Shown piece after piece: positions 59,538 to 64,000 of a DNA stretch of 64,000 nucleotides. Both the position numbers and the translations under genes were made by a program. The notes under the pieces were generated by a model. The model worked only from the letters and a program-made list of their open reading frames with translations, had not been told where the DNA came from and searched no databases. The stretch's first letter is position 1; every line of letters begins with the position of its first letter. This DNA is from Selaginella moellendorffii (taxonomy: Eukaryota > Plantae > Lycopodiophyta), in assembly GCF_000143415.4 (NCBI RefSeq), contig NW_003314261.1:5110360-5174359 (forward strand). Direction: 5' to 3'.

Positions 59538-60810
59538 ATGGCGATCGGCGCATTGCCGCCACTGGAGCACAGCCTGTTGCCGCGTAGGAAGAATGCCGGG
59601 AATGTGGAGGCCCGATGGAGTGGAAATTATCGCAGGGTTCTGTCTGGAGCGAGGCAGACGAATCTAGCGACTGAGCAGCAACGCCAGGATGAGAATCCGG
59701 ACCACGATCAGCAGCTGTCTATCAAGAAGAGGAATCTCGTCAAGGAGCTCGTCAAGCAGCAAATCCGAGAGGAGATTCGCAAGAGAAGGGAGGAGGACAA
59801 GAACCGTGCTCCCAAGACCGAGAAGGAGTTTCTCGAAGTAAAGATCCGAAGGTTACGTCTTAGAAGTTCTTATTTTCCAAGGAGCACTCTTCTTATTTGC
59901 TTTTATTTATGTATTTTCTTTCGATCGTTTCTTCCAGGCTTTGTACACGATCGATCTCAACAGGACGGAGATCCGGCGAAAGCATTCGTCCCATCTTACC
60001 GAAGGAAACCATTGCTTGCGAGAAACGGAGCCTCTGAGTGAAAGAGAGGCGGCGCACTACGCAAGGATTGGAAACAAAAACCAGAAGTTTGCGTCCGTCG
60101 GTAAGCGTGGGATCTACGGAGGTGTGATTCACAACATCCACACCAACTGGAAGTTCCATGAGACGGTGAGGATCACCCCGCCACAACAGCATGGAGGAGA
60201 CGCGGAGAATCGGTGCCGAGCTAGCGAGATTGAGTGGAGGCATCGTGCTCGATGTCCTTGAGGACAGGACGGTGATTATGTTTCGTGGTAAGAACTACCA
60301 GACACCAGAGGAGCTCTATCCTCCAACTTTGGAAGCTGTCGACAGGAGAAATGTAAATTTGCTGCTCTTTTCTTTTTCCTCTTGTTCTTCTTTGACGAGT
60401 TTGCTGTTTTGTTTTTCCAGGCCGATTCTAGGCACCACATCCAACGGGCTTTGGATTCACAAGTTTACAGGCTGGGGCAATACATTTCCAGGTACCACTT
60501 TCTCAAAGAAGACAGAGAGCCCGCTCAAGCCACGCAGCCGATGATAGTCTTACCAGGGGCTGGCAACGAAGACAGAGAAGAAGGTTTAGATCAAGGTTGT
60601 CAAGTAGAAGGCGAGAATGATGATAAAGATCAGGCTAGAGCAGCAGCAGCGGATGTTATAGCTGCACAGGCGAGCCTCGAGCGAGTGGAAAAAAAGATGG
60701 CGTCCAGATTTGCGAGAGAACTTGGCCGCCACAAGACCAAGATTGGGAAGGAGAGGAGACGAGCGAGAAAGAACTTGTTTGATTACAAGATTCGCAGGTG
60801 TGGGGGATAA
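59538..60810 (+). pseudogene. CRM (CRS1/YhbY) domain organellar RNA-binding protein with frameshift
   Basis: VGKRGIYGGVIHNIHTNWKFHETVRI then frame change (~60178) to IGAELARLSGGIVLDV..VIMFRGKNY. Confidence 0.7.
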
Positions 60811-60957
60811 AAGCGTACCTCCGTGGCCTGGGAGTACCATATCCACACTCCTAAACAAATCCAGGGAGATTAGCTTATGATATGACTTGGATCCCACTAT
60901 CAGGTAGGGTTCTTGCGAGAGAAGAGAAGATTTTTAAGTACGAGCTCGAAGAAAGAG

Positions 60958-63547
60958 ATGTTTGGCACTCTCGCCACCCACATTTTACTGCTGTTCGTCG
61001 CGATCATCGCGATCAATCTCTACCTGAGCTCGCTCCCGGCTTGGTTCTTCGTGACCCAAGTTAGCACTCGGTCCATCGCCGCCTTCCTCCACAACCTCAC
61101 GCTCCACCCCCACGTCGCGGGGACGCCGCAGGGATTCGCCACCGCCAAGTTCGTCGAGGAGAGATTCCGCGAGTTTGGGCTCTCGACGCGCACGGTCGAC
61201 TACGAGGTACTCGTCTCGTATCCCTTGAAGCGATCGTTGTCCGTGGTCTACCCAAGCAACTCGTCACTCAGCTTGGCTCTTGACGAAGAGACCGTGGATG
61301 GCGATGGCGATTCCTCTGGAGTCATTCCAACTTTCTTCGCTTACTCGCCGTCTGGGGAAGCTCTTGCCGAGGTGGTGTACGCAAACTACGGCCAAAAATC
61401 CGATTTTGACGAGCTCAAGAGCCTGGGAGTGGAGGTGAGAGGGAGCGTGGTGATCGCCAGGCTTGGCAAAAGCTTTCGAGGGGATATCGTGTTTAACGCG
61501 CAGGAGGAAGGCGCAGTGGCCGTGGTTTTGTATCCGGATCCTCGAGACTACGCCACGAACGCTACCACTGAAGGCTACTATCCATTCTCGCGATGGTTGC
61601 CTCCAAGTGGAGTCCAGAGAGGCTTCGTGATCCAGGACCCCGGGGATCCTCTCACGCCGGGGTGGCCGAGTAGCAAGCTTTCCGAGAGACTGGACGCTTC
61701 CAACTTGACAAGGCTGGGAGTTCCAGCGATCGCCGTGCTGCCAATCTCCGCTCGCGACGCTCTTCCAATCAACGAGGCGCTAGGAGGCCCTGTTGCTCCT
61801 GATTCCTGGCAAGGAGGACTTGCGGTGGACGCGTATCGAGCTGGGAAAGGACCTGTGAAACTTGATCTTCGCTACGAGGTAACTTTTGCAAAAAAAATAT
61901 TAAAGCTTTTGAGCACTAGTACTTCCTGGCAGGCTAACCTGACCACTGCGACAATTCGTAACGTTTTTGGAATTATAGAAGGCTCTGAGAAAGATAGCAT
62001 TAGTGTATTTTTTCTAAAGCTTTGACACATAGATATGTGCTTCCTGGGAATCACCGAGACGCTTGGACGTATGGAGCCAGCGATCCAAACAGCGGAACTG
62101 CCTGCCTTTTGGAGGTATGTTATTCCTCAAAGGAACTTTTCATGTTTTTGCGAGTGTTTAGATAGCTCGCATCTTTGGACAGCTTCTGAGAAGACCAGCG
62201 AGCACAATCGTATTTTGCAGCTGGGATGCCGTGGTAATCCTTTGTATCTCTATCATCTTCGTGTTTACTCATAAATTTTCTTCTCTTAATAGACTGGTTC
62301 TACAGAGTGGGTCGAGGACAATTTGGCCATGCTTAAGGCTCGAGCGGTGGCTTATTTAAACGTGGATGAAGCAGTAACAGGCAGTTCTTTCTCAGCGTCT
62401 GCTACGCCTCAGCTTGACAACCTTTTATTCGAAGTCACCAAAATGGTACGCAAATCTTACCATTTCTTTTTGCAGCTCATGGCATTTTGATTGTCTCAAG
62501 GTGAAAGATCCAGACTCAAATGGAACCATATTTGACTCGTGGTGTGGAAAATCAAACGATTGTGTAAGAGACAAAGAATTTATCATTATCATCTCCTCTG
62601 CTCCATATTAATGGTTTGATGGACTCAGGTCGGGAGGCTGGGCGGTGGTGGCTCCGACTACGCTCCATTCTTGCAGCACGCAGGAATTCCCTCCACCAGC
62701 ATGACGTACGAAGAAAAAAACTCAGATTTTCCCGTGTATCATTCACTCTATGACAATTACAACTGGATGAAAAACTTTGGAGATCCTGAGTTTCATCGCC
62801 ATGCAACAGGTGAAACTTTGCTTTTGATTCTTTTTTATAAGATTTCGAGGCTTTGGTGCCAGTGGTGAAAGTCTGGGGACTGCTTGCGAGGCGCTTGGCC
62901 ATGGACACGATCTTGCCTTTCAACTATGTCTCGTATGCAAATGTGTTGGAGGTACTAGCGATTATATCATTGCTTTTCATGAGTTGGATTGTTTCTTAAA
63001 GGTCGCTGTAAAGGATTTGGAGGCCAGGTTCCTGCTTATTTCGGGTCATCCAGTAAGCTTTTCTCTTTTTTCTTCTTTCGCTTGGTGAAGATTTGTCTCA
63101 TGGGTTTTTCCAGGTTAATATACTTAGCCTCAGCAAGTCGCGCGACGTAAATTTCTTCCCACTTCATTCTGTGGTGGATCAACCTCGTGAACTTGCCTCC
63201 AAGATCCCTTCCTTCACTGCACCCAGAAGTAAAAATGATATTTTGATGCTTGGAGAGCTCTGTTTTCTAGATGGCGAAGGCCTTCCAGGGAAGCCATGGT
63301 TCAAACACTTGGTGAGTGCATTTTATCTGATTGTAAGAGGTTTGATGTTCAGAATTGTGTAGATCTCAAACAAATGTCTATGGTACCTCGACATTCCCTG
63401 CTATTGCGGACGTTATATCGAAGATGGCTGTGGGTGAGGACAAAGAAGAGCTTAAAGCTTTAAAACAAGACTTGCAACATGAAATATGGAGAGCTTCGAG
63501 CTATCCAGTGTGCCGCGAATGTCATAAAAGGTGATATATTTTCCTAA
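60958..63547 (+). pseudogene. Glutamate carboxypeptidase II AMP1/LAMP1-like (M28), probably pseudogenised
   Basis: [46 protein letters not shown]. The SWDA-EE glutamates are missing (~62230) and there is a frameshift near 63500. Confidence 0.75.
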
Positions 63548-64000
63548 ATGGTCCTGAGAGAATCATGGCGGTTGAACCGTGCGCAGTTGCTCTCGGTATT
63601 TATCCTATCCTTGCTGACAGCGTCACGCCATTGCATTGAATATAGTCAACGGTATGGTCAAAATAGTCAACGATCAGACGGTCACGGTCTGTGCTGGTGT
63701 AAGGGTGCGAAAGGACAAAGTTTAGAGTTTAGAGCAAGCGCAAGGAGGCACCAGTGGAGCTCACTAACGAGCGTCTTCAAGTAGCAAAATGGATGAGGAA
63801 GGTGCTAAGGTGTGGGCTAGGCCCTTCAGAGTGGCAAACAAGATCTGGCGGAACATTGGCGAGAGGAAGAGGAGCAGCTGTGGAAGAGAAGAAAGAGGAG
63901 CTTCTTTTCCTCACGTCTAATGGTGTGTCATCTCTTCCATTTTGAGCTGTTGTGGTTAAGGATTTTGCCTCTTGCGCTCACTAGGGAGAGGATGGATTTT

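Noticed and set aside
63640-63675. Three W-box-like (A/G)GTCAA motifs
   Set aside because: Short motifs from a small duplication, with no identifiable downstream gene in the window.

Overview
Eukaryotic land-plant nuclear DNA, very gene-dense with mostly 45-90 bp introns. The style resembles the lycophyte Selaginella, which is an inference not confirmed here. 1-35.5 kb is mostly intact conserved genes: ENY2, a glyoxalase/VOC protein, ATG7, PRDA1, SIS3, RPL28, a rhodanese, a WD40 protein, a MATE, a bromodomain protein, a lipoxygenase, malonyl-CoA decarboxylase, an ankyrin-CbxX ATPase and NEET. Two oddities sit among them. One is an intact, intronless, very AT-rich bulb-lectin ORF. The other is a convergent PIF/Harbinger-type pair: a DDE transposase plus a trihelix/Myb protein carrying a C-terminal SAM domain, with no TIRs visible. 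After a 100-N gap come a decayed Ty3/Gypsy relic and a theta-class GST. Next is a 41.6-55.2 kb tandem array of an orphan, very hydrophobic secreted protein family (6 copies, 3 intact), interleaved with duplicated fibrillin genes and a short-LTR Copia element. Two broken array copies carry inverted duplications of the family's own coding sequence that form miRNA-like fold-backs. 55.8-63.5 kb is a run of apparently dead genes (LOG, a Crinkler-like NTPase, an LTP-like gene, tRNA-Gly, a CRM protein, an AMP1-like peptidase). All annotation was done by eye and exon boundaries are approximate.
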